Shown here one piece after another: positions 1 through 7,931 of a stretch of 64,000 bases of DNA; position 1 is the first letter of the stretch, and each line of letters begins with the position of its first letter. The DNA is from an uncultured Syntrophaceae bacterium. GTDB lineage: Bacteria > Desulfobacterota > Syntrophia > Syntrophales > UBA2210. Made by a program: the position numbers and the translations under genes. Below the pieces are notes generated by a model. The model ran no database searches. It worked only from the letters and a program-made list of their open reading frames with translations, and had not been told where the DNA came from. The stretch lies in NCBI GenBank assembly GCA_964540715.1, contig CAZINZ010000002.1, positions 9,630 through 73,629 on the forward strand, read 5' to 3'.

Positions 1-474
1 ACTGCAATCAAGGTGCATGAGGCTAAGCTCGCACTGGAGGATGGCTGCAAAGAGCTGGACATGGTAATCAATATCTCTGCCCTGCTCTCAGGGCGCTATC
101 AGTATGTGGAGGATGATATCCGGGCCGTAGTGGATGTTGCAGGTGGAAAGACCACAAAGGTGATTCTGGAAGTGCACTACCTCTCAGAGTTTGACATCAA
201 AAAAGGCTGTGAGTGCTGCATCAAAGCCGGAGCACATTTTGTAAAGACCGCCACCGGCCATGCTGAAAGTGGGGCAACCGTTGAAAACGTCGCTCTGATC
301 AAATCGTTTGTCGGTGATACTATCCAGGTCAAGGCTTCCGGAGGCGTTCGTGACCTGAAAACGCTCCTCGAAATGTACAAGCTCGGAGCGACAAGGTTCG
401 GCATTAGTGCGAGTTCGGCGTTAAACATAATAGAGGAGTGCGATTCTCTGCCTGACGGAGCGGTTAATCTATAG
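1..474 (+). CDS. deoC: deoxyribose-phosphate aldolase, C-terminal ~157 codons (5' end lies upstream of the window)
   Basis: Frame 1 is open from base 1. The product has the DeoC class I aldolase motifs HFVKTATG and QVKASGGVRD. Stop TAG at 472-474. Confidence 0.85.
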   Translation, partial: TAIKVHEAKLALEDGCKELDMVINISALLSGRYQYVEDDIRAVVDVAGGKTTKVILEVHYLSEFDIKKGCECCIKAGAHFVKTATGHAESGATVENVALIKSFVGDTIQVKASGGVRDLKTLLEMYKLGATRFGISASSALNIIEECDSLPDGAVNL

Positions 475-781
475 TGTCCGGTCAATTACTTGCCGAAGCT
501 TTGCATTCAGGTAGGGGAGAACCAGATTAATCAATCAGAGGAATCCCTGGAGAGGCCAGGTTCGGATGGATGCTGATGCTACGCCATCTGGCACTTAAAT
601 ATAAACGGGAGATTCAAGATGGTTGAACTGTTGCACCCGTTACTGTCAAATTTAAATCCTGTGACCGGTCTGATGGACCCGTACGACACGCACCGCCAGG
701 TAGGTCCGCCTTGGCGATATGCCCAATCACTACCTTAGTGGTCATCTGCACGGTTCTTCAGCCTTGAACCAGGACACCGTA

Positions 782-1243
782 CTATATGAGGTATTTGAAC
801 GCAGTGTCCCTGAAAAGGCCGGAGACATGATTTGATCTTCCCCCGAAAAAGTGAACACCCAGTTGAGCTTCCATAAACAGCCTACCAAAGTCAACAGGAG
901 AAACATATCCCAGATATGAATGTCTCCTGATCCTATTGTAGAATACCTCAATGTATTCGAAGATACTCTGACGAGCCTGTGATCGGGTCCTGTATTTTTC
1001 AAAGTATACGAGCTCTGTCTTTAATGTATGGAAGAAGCTTTCAGTAACAGCATTATCATAACAATTCCCTTTACCACTCATGCTCTATACAAAATTATGC
1101 TTTTCCAGAAGCTTTCTGAATTCATGACTTGCGTACTGGCTTCCCCGGTCTGAATGAAATATCAATCCCACCTGCGGTCTCTTTCGCTGTATGGCCATTG
1201 AAAGGGCTTCTGTCACTATATCCTTCGTTATTCTTTTTCTCAT
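782..1243 (-). pseudogene. IS3-family transposase OrfB remnant (C-terminal half of the DDE/rve domain only, with an in-frame stop)
   Basis: Minus-strand translation from 1243 reads [79 protein letters not shown]... HSDRGSQY and DNAxxESFFxxLKxE are the second-D and E regions of IS3 DDE transposases. In-frame TAG at 1085-1087. No OrfA, no N-terminal half and no recognisable left end. Confidence 0.8.
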
Positions 1244-1251
1244 GAAGGCAG

Positions 1252-1275
1252 TTCCGGGGACACCTTACTTAATTA
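1252..1275 (-). repeat. REP-like 24-nt repeat on the left flank of the RAYT gene (inverted relative to 1966-1989)
   Basis: Minus-strand reading is TAATTAAGTAAGGTGTCCCCGGAA. It is 21/24 identical to 1966-1989 and 20/24 identical to 2370-2393. Confidence 0.6.
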
Positions 1276-1310
1276 CTGACAAAAGCCAGCGCATTTGATT
1301 TATTTTTAGT

Positions 1311-1976
1311 ATGGCACGAATGGCAAGAGCAGTAGTTCCTGGAATCCCGCATCATGTAACACAGCGAGGAAACAGGCGGCAGCAGACATTTTTCAACAAT
1401 GAAGATTACCAATCCTATCTGGAGTTAATGTCGGAATGGTGTATGAAGTTTCGAGTGGAGACTTGGGCTTATTGTCTTATGCCAAACCACATTCACCTGA
1501 TTGTTGTACCTGAAACAAAGGATGGTCTAAATCAGGTAATTGGTGAAGCGCACGGACGATACACAAGGCGTATCAATTTTCGAGAAGGATGGCGGGGGCA
1601 TTTATGGCAGGGAAGGTTTTCATCTTTTATCATGGATGAGATACACCTCTTAGCATGTACGAGATATGTGGAATTGAATCCGGTCCGGGCAGGCTTGGTA
1701 AAGAACCCCGAAGAGTGGCACTGGAGTAGTGCAGGACCACACATGAAAGTTCAAGATGATATCCTTGTAAGAACAAAGTTATTGCTGGAAATGGTAAATA
1801 AACCATGGGATGATTTTTTGGACATTGATGCTCAGGAGCCGGAAATAGAGTTATTTAGAAAACACGAACGGACCGGGCGACCTTTAGGCGTTGATTCTTT
1901 TATTGGAACAATGGAACTACTTTTGGGCCGAAAGCTCAAACCTCAAAAACCTGGACCTAAAAAGAAAAATAAGTAA
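1311..1976 (+). CDS. REP-associated tyrosine transposase (RAYT) / IS200-like Y1 transposase family protein
   Basis: 221-aa ORF with an HUH motif in CLMPNHIHLIVVPE and a downstream Tyr in TRYVELNPVRAGL. The N-terminus (HHVTQRGNRRQQTFF) is typical of COG1943-type proteins. The gene is bracketed by inverted repeats. Confidence 0.8.
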   Translation: MARMARAVVPGIPHHVTQRGNRRQQTFFNNEDYQSYLELMSEWCMKFRVETWAYCLMPNHIHLIVVPETKDGLNQVIGEAHGRYTRRINFREGWRGHLWQGRFSSFIMDEIHLLACTRYVELNPVRAGLVKNPEEWHWSSAGPHMKVQDDILVRTKLLLEMVNKPWDDFLDIDAQEPEIELFRKHERTGRPLGVDSFIGTMELLLGRKLKPQKPGPKKKNK

Positions 1977-1989
1977 GGTGTCCCTGGAA
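1966..1989 (+). repeat. REP-like 24-nt repeat on the right flank of the RAYT gene
   Basis: AAAATAAGTAAGGTGTCCCTGGAA. It overlaps the RAYT stop codon. The inner 20 nt (1970-1989) are the reverse complement of 1252-1271 with one mismatch. Confidence 0.6.
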
Positions 1990-2287
1990 TTTGCCCGACA
2001 TATTAAGTGCTTCTGACAGTTAAAAATAATACTTGCAAAATAAAAAATATGTGCTACCGATAGAAGAGCAGGCAGGTACAAAGGATATACCGCAAAAACT
2101 CATTTTCCTATATTTCTTGTTTTCTACAGTTCCTCTGACAGCAGCCTATTTTTCCATCTCCTCCTGCTTACCCGTGGTCTGACCAAGAACGCTCAGTTTT
2201 AGAGGTAAGATTGCAATAGATGCTGGATTTAAACTGGAATATTTTGATGAAATCGGATTTTAAGAGACTTGATGCAGACGAATAAGG

Positions 2288-2336
2288 CCTGTCTGTGATG
2301 CCGTTGATGTATTCGGCATTACAGACCGGTTTTTTT
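2288..2336 (+). terminator. intrinsic terminator with no adjacent annotated gene
   Basis: Arm 2288-2303 (CCTGTCTGTGATGCCG) pairs with 2314-2329 (CGGCATTACAGACCGG) over 16 positions, with 1 mismatch and 1 G-U. The loop is 10 nt and is followed by T7 at 2330-2336. Confidence 0.6.
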
Positions 2337-2369
2337 GTGTAGCCAGACGGAATTCCATTGGATAGCAAA

Positions 2370-2393
2370 TAATTAAGTGTTGTGTCCCCAGAA
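2370..2393 (+). repeat. REP-like repeat copy at the left edge of the GC-rich segment
   Basis: TAATTAAGTGTTGTGTCCCCAGAA, 20/24 identical to the minus-strand reading of 1252-1275. Confidence 0.5.
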
Positions 2394-2592
2394 TTCCCCG
2401 CGCATTGAAAATTTCCCCATGCCCGTCGGGAAAAAGGTGATCATGCGGGCAATTCCGCAATGGCGGGAGATGGGCACGGAAGCTTTCATCGCGGTGGAGG
2501 AAGAGCGGTATCGCTGCCCACAGTGTGTCCAGGCGCTCTTTCGCGGCGCCAAACGTTGCCGAAACTGCGGCAAAAACGTCGACCGGGATTGA
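2377..2592 (+). CDS. small zinc-ribbon protein, possibly only the 3' part of a truncated gene
   Basis: 71-aa ORF ending ...EERYRCPQCVQALFRGAKRCRNCGKNV (CxxC-x12-CxxC). There is no convincing SD or start. The ORF begins inside the REP-like copy. Confidence 0.35.
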   Translation: MLCPQNSPRIENFPMPVGKKVIMRAIPQWREMGTEAFIAVEEERYRCPQCVQALFRGAKRCRNCGKNVDRD

Positions 2593-2618
2593 ACGCCGTT
2601 TCGAGTAAGGAGGAACAA

Positions 2619-3668
2619 ATGACATCTTCAAGCAGACCCATTCTGCCGACGCCGGACGCATTGGTGACCGGCGGACAATTCAATGTCGGTACGTACAAGG
2701 AACCGTTACGCACGGTCAATCCGCTGGACGCCGCCATCGGCTCGCGACCGCGTTGGTGGAAAAACCTGCGCCTGAAGGAGTGGCAGCACTTCGCGCTGGT
2801 CAACGATGATTATTACCTCAGCCTGGCGCTATTCAACGCCAAAACCATCGGCTTGGCACAGGTGTGCGTGTACGAGCGGCGCTACGGCAGCATCAAGTTT
2901 TACGAGCGTAAAACGCTCCCGTGGAAAATCGAACTGCCCACGGCGTTGTGGAACGATCGCGCCGCGTATCGGGGCAAGGGTTTTTCGATCGAGATCGAAA
3001 ACGGCCTCGAGCGCGGTCGTCACGATATCTCGTTCGAACTGGCCGCCCAGCGCGATCTGCCGGCGCTGAGCGGGCGTTTCACGTTGCTGGAGGACCTGAC
3101 GTCCTCCGAGCCGCTCGTGGTTTGCTTGCCGCTTAAACCCAAACGCGCGATGTATACGCATAAGTACGTCTGCCCTGTCAAGGGTGAAATGACGCTGGGC
3201 GACGAAACCGTGAGCTTTGCGCCGGCAGCGAGCTACGGCCTGATCGACATCCACAAAGGATACTATCCCTTCGTAATGAAATGGCACTGGGCCACCGGCG
3301 GCGGCTACAATGAAACCGGCCGTCTGTGCGGTTTCAACCTCACCGATAACCAGGTCAAGGACCAGGAAGCCTACAACGAAAATTGTCTCTGGATCGACGG
3401 CCGGTTGTTCCCGCTGCCCCCGGTGAAATTTAAATTCGTCCACAAGGACGTGATCAAACCCTGGCGCATCACCGACGCGGACGGGCTGGTGGATCTGACC
3501 TTCACGCCCGAAGTCGTGCGCACGATCGACATCAAAGCGCTGATCCTGCACAGTCGTTATCGCGGACCCTTCGGTTCCTTCTCCGGCCGATTGCAAACGG
3601 CGGACGGCGAGGAACTGAATCTCGACCGTTATTTCGGAATGTGCGAAGACTTCTACCTGCGCACTTGA
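2619..3668 (+). CDS. hypothetical protein, tentatively DUF2804 family
   Basis: SD TAAGGAGG at 2606-2613 lies 5 nt before ATG 2619 (MTSSSRPIL...), giving 349 aa. The family call is from memory of DUF2804-like features (LKEWQHFALV...) and needs an HMM check. The segment is clearly more GC-rich than its neighbours. Confidence 0.7.
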   Translation: MTSSSRPILPTPDALVTGGQFNVGTYKEPLRTVNPLDAAIGSRPRWWKNLRLKEWQHFALVNDDYYLSLALFNAKTIGLAQVCVYERRYGSIKFYERKTLPWKIELPTALWNDRAAYRGKGFSIEIENGLERGRHDISFELAAQRDLPALSGRFTLLEDLTSSEPLVVCLPLKPKRAMYTHKYVCPVKGEMTLGDETVSFAPAASYGLIDIHKGYYPFVMKWHWATGGGYNETGRLCGFNLTDNQVKDQEAYNENCLWIDGRLFPLPPVKFKFVHKDVIKPWRITDADGLVDLTFTPEVVRTIDIKALILHSRYRGPFGSFSGRLQTADGEELNLDRYFGMCEDFYLRT

Positions 3669-3863
3669 TCTCAAGGGGGACAGGTGGTCAAGTCTACGCT
3701 TGACCCTTGTTGCTGATTGCTAATTAAAACCTTCTATTGTGGTTGTAGGTTTTTAAAACAACAGTACAGGAAGTTATACGTAGCATATTCAGTATTCTTA
3801 AGATAATCCATGAAAACTTAAAAATACTTTTTTTGAAAGGTTAAAAGTGTACGTTCAAATCCA

Positions 3864-4742
3864 TCAATTCTCGAACCTGATCTTTCCCGTGTCTTTAAGA
3901 TTGTAGCCGGGGAGATTTTTGGACAAACTATTTATCCTGACCGGATCTATGTAATCCATGAATCCTTTTATAACGCTCGTGGAACACAGTTCACCGGGAA
4001 TAACAAGGTCAAACATCTCCTCCTTGAGCGGCAGGAAATCCAGACCCAGGGGATATGTAACATATTCTATGCCGAGGCCTACGTCCGCCTCACCGAAAAA
4101 GACCTTGAGGGCCACATCCATATGACTGTCGGCTTCTTCATTGAAACCGGTAACATCCCTTTCGTTTAAGCCCTTCTCTCTCATAAGATATTCCAGGAGG
4201 ACGCGTGTTCCGGACCCCTCGTTTCTGTTTATGAATCTCGCCCCTTTTTCTATAACATCTTCCAGTCCCCGCAGTCCCACGGGATTGCCCCTCTTCACAA
4301 TCAGTCCCTGTTTCCTGCGCCACAGGTTAACCACTACATATCGCTGTCCTGAGAGAACTCTGTCGAGAAAGGGAAGATTATATTCCCCCGTCTCCATGTC
4401 CAGAAGATGCGTACAGCATACCTGTCCTTTTTTCAGAGAGAGGGCGTGCACACCCCGTGAACTGCCCATTGATGAATAGAAAGCCACTGATCCGGGGAAG
4501 TTCTCATGGGAATAGAGAAGCACGAGTTTTTCCATAAGGACATCATTGCTTCCCACTATAAGGATATCCCTTTCCCTCTGCACATTCTCATCTATCCATC
4601 TCGTGACATGCCTCTCCGGAAAGAGCCACTTGCCGGCAATCCGCACATGGGGAATATTCCCCTCCTTTACAAGCTGATATACCTTCTTCTCATTCAACCT
4701 TAGAAGCCCGGCCAGCTCTTTTGTCGTAAGTAATTTATCCAT
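3864..4742 (-). CDS. HTH (excisionase/MerR-type) + periplasmic-binding-protein-like domain regulator, TunR-like candidate molybdate/tungstate-responsive regulator
   Basis: N-terminus is MDKLLTTKELAGLLRLNEKKVYQLVKEGNIPHVRIAGKWLF (HTH_17-type), and the C-terminal ~220 aa are PBP-like. The gene is divergent from wtpABC. The start was moved to ATG 4742. Confidence 0.7.
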   Translation of the reverse strand: MDKLLTTKELAGLLRLNEKKVYQLVKEGNIPHVRIAGKWLFPERHVTRWIDENVQRERDILIVGSNDVLMEKLVLLYSHENFPGSVAFYSSMGSSRGVHALSLKKGQVCCTHLLDMETGEYNLPFLDRVLSGQRYVVVNLWRRKQGLIVKRGNPVGLRGLEDVIEKGARFINRNEGSGTRVLLEYLMREKGLNERDVTGFNEEADSHMDVALKVFFGEADVGLGIEYVTYPLGLDFLPLKEEMFDLVIPGELCSTSVIKGFMDYIDPVRINSLSKNLPGYNLKDTGKIRFEN

Positions 4743-4794
4743 AGCCCGAAAAATACCACGCAAGATAAGGAAAATCAATATGAATGAAATAATA

Positions 4795-4825
4795 ACTATT
4801 AATATCTTAAACTGACTATTAATAT
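4795..4825. promoter_or_regulatory. direct repeat ACTATTAATAT x2 (20-nt period) in the tunR-like/wtpA divergent intergenic region
   Basis: ACTATTAATAT occurs at 4795-4805 and 4815-4825. AT-rich, promoter/operator-like context. Confidence 0.3.
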
Positions 4826-4872
4826 TTAATATTGACGTGAAATAACAAATATGGTAGGTCTGCCACGTAAAA

Positions 4873-4898
4873 TACGGTTACCGGTTTACGGTTACCGG
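4873..4898. promoter_or_regulatory. perfect 12-nt direct repeat TACGGTTACCGG x2, candidate operator upstream of wtpA
   Basis: Copies at 4873-4884 and 4887-4898. Each contains the near-palindrome CGGT-T-ACCG. The pair ends 30 nt upstream of the wtpA ATG. Confidence 0.35.
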
Positions 4899-4928
4899 GA
4901 ACAAATCCGAATCGAAAAAAGGGGATTT

Positions 4929-5918
4929 ATGATGAAAAGAAAAAGCGTTTTAAGTTCTGTTGTTATGTTGTTGTTATGCGCAGTTGTTATGCTCCTCCCG
5001 GTATCCGCGATTGCCGAGCCTTCCGGCAAGCTGATCATGTTCCACGCGGGCAGTCTTTCTGTACCTCTCGCGGCCATGGAAAAGGTATTCGAAGCCAAAT
5101 ATCCCGGTGTCGATCTCCAGCGTGAGGCCTCCGGAAGCCAGAAGTGTGCGCGAAAGATAACGGATGTAGGCAAACCCTGCGACATCATGGCGTCGGCGGA
5201 TTATAAGGTGATAGACAAACTGCTCATACCCGGTTTTGCTGGCTGGAATATACGCTTCGCCACCAATCAGCTCGTTCTCTGTTACACGGACAAGAGCACC
5301 AATGCCGATACGATAAACGCGGACAACTGGTATAAAATCCTCCAAAAGAAGGGTGTTGTATGGGGGCATTCCGATCCGAATCTCGATCCCTGCGGATATC
5401 GTTCTCTCATGGTGATGCAGCTCGCGGAAAAGGCACTGAACGAACCCGGCCTTTACAAAAAACTGCTGGCAAACCGACCCAAAGAAAATATCAGGCCCAA
5501 ATCGGTGGAGTTGATATCCCTACTCCAGACCGGGAATATGGATTATGCCTGGGAATATCTCTCCGTAGCGGTTCAACACGGACTGAAATACATTGTCCTT
5601 CCGGATGAAATTAATCTTGGAAATTACAAGTACGATAATGTATATCAACAGGCCTTCGTAAAGGTTACCGGCAAAAAACCGGGGACTCATATGATCATCA
5701 AAGGCAAATCGTGTACTTATGGCGTAACCCTGATCAAAGAGGCGCCCAACAGAGAAGCGGCCATAGCTTTTCTGGAATATATGCTCGCCCCTGAAGGCGG
5801 CCTTAAGATACTGAAAGAAATGGGGCAACCACCTTTTATACCCTGCAGGGTACCCACCGCAGAGATGAAAAAGGCTCTACCGGAGGCACTGCAAAAGCTG
5901 GTTGAGGTCAAAGACTAA
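4929..5918 (+). CDS. wtpA: tungstate/molybdate ABC transporter substrate-binding protein, WtpA type
   Basis: Signal peptide [23 protein letters not shown]. Matches remembered WtpA features: [36 protein letters not shown]. Start set to ATG 4929. Confidence 0.8.
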   Translation: MMKRKSVLSSVVMLLLCAVVMLLPVSAIAEPSGKLIMFHAGSLSVPLAAMEKVFEAKYPGVDLQREASGSQKCARKITDVGKPCDIMASADYKVIDKLLIPGFAGWNIRFATNQLVLCYTDKSTNADTINADNWYKILQKKGVVWGHSDPNLDPCGYRSLMVMQLAEKALNEPGLYKKLLANRPKENIRPKSVELISLLQTGNMDYAWEYLSVAVQHGLKYIVLPDEINLGNYKYDNVYQQAFVKVTGKKPGTHMIIKGKSCTYGVTLIKEAPNREAAIAFLEYMLAPEGGLKILKEMGQPPFIPCRVPTAEMKKALPEALQKLVEVKD

Positions 5919-6704
5919 GTGACAAAAAAGGAACCTTTTTTCTGGGTTACCGTCTCCTGCGGCATCGTAATTATGGCTTTTATTCTACTGCCCCTCATCG
6001 AGATGATGACGGCGCCATCTTTCGCGATGCTGAAGGAAACAATCAAAGATAAGGACGTTGTCAGGTCGATCTGGCTGAGTATTTACACGGCCGGACTGGC
6101 AGCCCTGATTTCATTTGTCTTCGGGACACCACTCGCCTACGTGCTGGCCCGTACCGATTTCAGGGGTAAAAAGCTGATAGAGAGCATAATAGACCTGCCA
6201 ATAGTCATACCGCATCCTGTTGTCGGAATAGCGATACTCAGCGTTGCCGGAAAGAACCACTGGATAGGAGAATTGTTCAATCAGGTCGGCATACGCATCA
6301 TGGGAAGCGTTACCGGCATAGTTGTGGTGTTGACCTTCGTTGGAATGCCTTTTTACATAAATGCCGTCAAGAGCGGATTTGAGAGCATCTCCCCCAGACT
6401 GGAGAAGGTATCACGCAGTCTGGGGGCATCCATGTTCAGCACATTTTTCAGGATAACTTTCCCCCTTGCATGGCGCAGCATGCTTGTGGGTATTGTCATG
6501 TGCTCAGCCCGGGCGATAAGCGAGTTCGGCGCCGTGGTAATCGTCGCCTACCACCCCATGATTGCCCCGGTACTGATATATGAGCGATTCGAGGCATACG
6601 GCCTTAAATACTCTCAGCCTGTGGCGGTATGGCTGGTGTTTATCTGCCTGACACTTTTTCTGATTTTGAGAATACTCACTCTCCACGACAGGGAAAAGGC
6701 ATGA
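5919..6704 (+). CDS. wtpB: tungstate/molybdate ABC transporter permease
   Basis: Polytopic MetI-type permease of 261 aa with a GTG start directly after the wtpA stop. EAA-like loop SRSLGASMFSTFFRITFPLA. Confidence 0.8.
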   Translation: MTKKEPFFWVTVSCGIVIMAFILLPLIEMMTAPSFAMLKETIKDKDVVRSIWLSIYTAGLAALISFVFGTPLAYVLARTDFRGKKLIESIIDLPIVIPHPVVGIAILSVAGKNHWIGELFNQVGIRIMGSVTGIVVVLTFVGMPFYINAVKSGFESISPRLEKVSRSLGASMFSTFFRITFPLAWRSMLVGIVMCSARAISEFGAVVIVAYHPMIAPVLIYERFEAYGLKYSQPVAVWLVFICLTLFLILRILTLHDREKA

Positions 6705-7738
6705 TAAGAATAAGAGACCTGAACATCCACCTCAAAGAGTTCAATCTGTTCGACATCAATCTGGATATAGGAGCAAATGAGTTTTTCATACTGATGGGAC
6801 CAACAGGCGCCGGAAAAACTGTTCTCCTCGAGGCAATAGCCGGGCTTATCCCGGTAAAGAGCGGGACCATCCATATTGGCGAGAAAAACGTTACAGGACT
6901 CGCTCCTGAAAAACGAGGGGTAAGCATAGTATATCAGGACTACTCACTCTTCCCTCACCTGACTGTCCGTGAGAATATAATCTATGGCTTGCATTTCCAC
7001 AGGATCGACAAAGATCGGTCCGATGAAACATTCGACCGCCTGGTGGAAGATCTGAATCTCTCCTATATTCTGAATCGCTTTCCGCTCAATCTGAGTGGCG
7101 GAGAGCTGCAACGGGTCGCCATGGCAAGGGCCCTGATGGTGAACCCGGAGATCCTACTCCTTGACGAACCCCTTTCGGCCCTGGACCCCGGTTTCAGAGA
7201 GGAGATCAGGGCGGGGCTTAAGAAACTGCACAGGGATTCCAACGTTACTTTTCTCATGGTTACACACGATTTCGCGGAAGCGCTTTCGCTGTCAGACCGG
7301 GCAGGGATAATGAACGATGGGAAAATCATACAGACAGGAACAATGGAAGGTATATTCAAGCGCCCGGATTCCACCTTTGTCGCTGATTTTGTCGGTATGA
7401 AAAATCTCTTCGCCGCGCAATTTCATGGGACAAAAGCATCCACAGGAAACATAGAGATCGAGTTGGGTGCAAAACCTGCGAACGGCCATGGATACATAGC
7501 CATCAGACCGGAAGACATTGTTCTCAGCCGGGAGGAATTAACCTCAAGTATGAGAAACTCTTTCGCGGGAAATATAACCGAAATATCCGACCATGGATTA
7601 TACTACGAAGCGGGCATTATGGTGGAAAACATCACATTCAAGTCCCTGATTACAAAAAGCGCCTTGCTTGACCTCCAACTCGCTGAAGGAACCGGCATAT
7701 TCGTCTCTTTCAAGTCAACCGCCATTCACACATTTTAG
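6701..7738 (+). CDS. wtpC: tungstate/molybdate ABC transporter ATP-binding protein with C-terminal TOBE-like domain
   Basis: Walker A GPTGAGKT, signature LSGGELQR, Walker B LLLDEP. ATG 6701 overlaps the wtpB stop (ATGA). Confidence 0.8.
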   Translation: MIRIRDLNIHLKEFNLFDINLDIGANEFFILMGPTGAGKTVLLEAIAGLIPVKSGTIHIGEKNVTGLAPEKRGVSIVYQDYSLFPHLTVRENIIYGLHFHRIDKDRSDETFDRLVEDLNLSYILNRFPLNLSGGELQRVAMARALMVNPEILLLDEPLSALDPGFREEIRAGLKKLHRDSNVTFLMVTHDFAEALSLSDRAGIMNDGKIIQTGTMEGIFKRPDSTFVADFVGMKNLFAAQFHGTKASTGNIEIELGAKPANGHGYIAIRPEDIVLSREELTSSMRNSFAGNITEISDHGLYYEAGIMVENITFKSLITKSALLDLQLAEGTGIFVSFKSTAIHTF

Positions 7739-7931
7739 TCCTGCCCACAAATTAATTTTTCACATTGACCACCGAAAATAAAAAGATTATACGTAGAAAA
7801 AACGCTGAAGCTCTCGCAAACCATGTGTTATCGGAATCTCCTTAACTCACAAAGGCGCTTGCCATATACAGGAGACTGTTCGAGAATACTTTTCTGCTAC
7901 GGGTGGCTGCACGTTGCAAAGGATAAGGTAT

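Noticed and set aside
475-781. 307-nt non-coding stretch between deoC and the IS3 remnant, examined for IS3 terminal inverted repeat or gene fragments
   Set aside because: No convincing TG...CA-type IS3 end, ORF fragment or RNA structure could be identified by eye, so it is left unannotated.
2829-3674. 281-aa ORF on the minus strand, antisense to the DUF2804-like gene
   Set aside because: It is the kind of long stop-free antisense frame that GC-rich coding DNA produces. The product is low-complexity (Arg/Ala/Gly/Val-rich), there is no SD, and it is entirely nested opposite a gene with a strong SD.
3853-3862. tRNA-like T-loop sequence GTTCAAATCC in the spacer before the TunR-like gene
   Set aside because: The flanking bases cannot form a T-stem (ACG/CCA), and no acceptor, D or anticodon arms can be drawn in the AT-rich upstream 60 nt.
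7739-7931. 193-nt leader between wtpC and the MBL-fold gene, considered as a possible Moco/Wco riboswitch
   Set aside because: Only a short TCTCC...GGAGA pairing and a GGC-GCTT-GCC hairpin could be found, and I cannot reproduce the conserved Moco motif core by eye. This should be tested with the Rfam Moco_RNA_motif covariance model before any claim is made.
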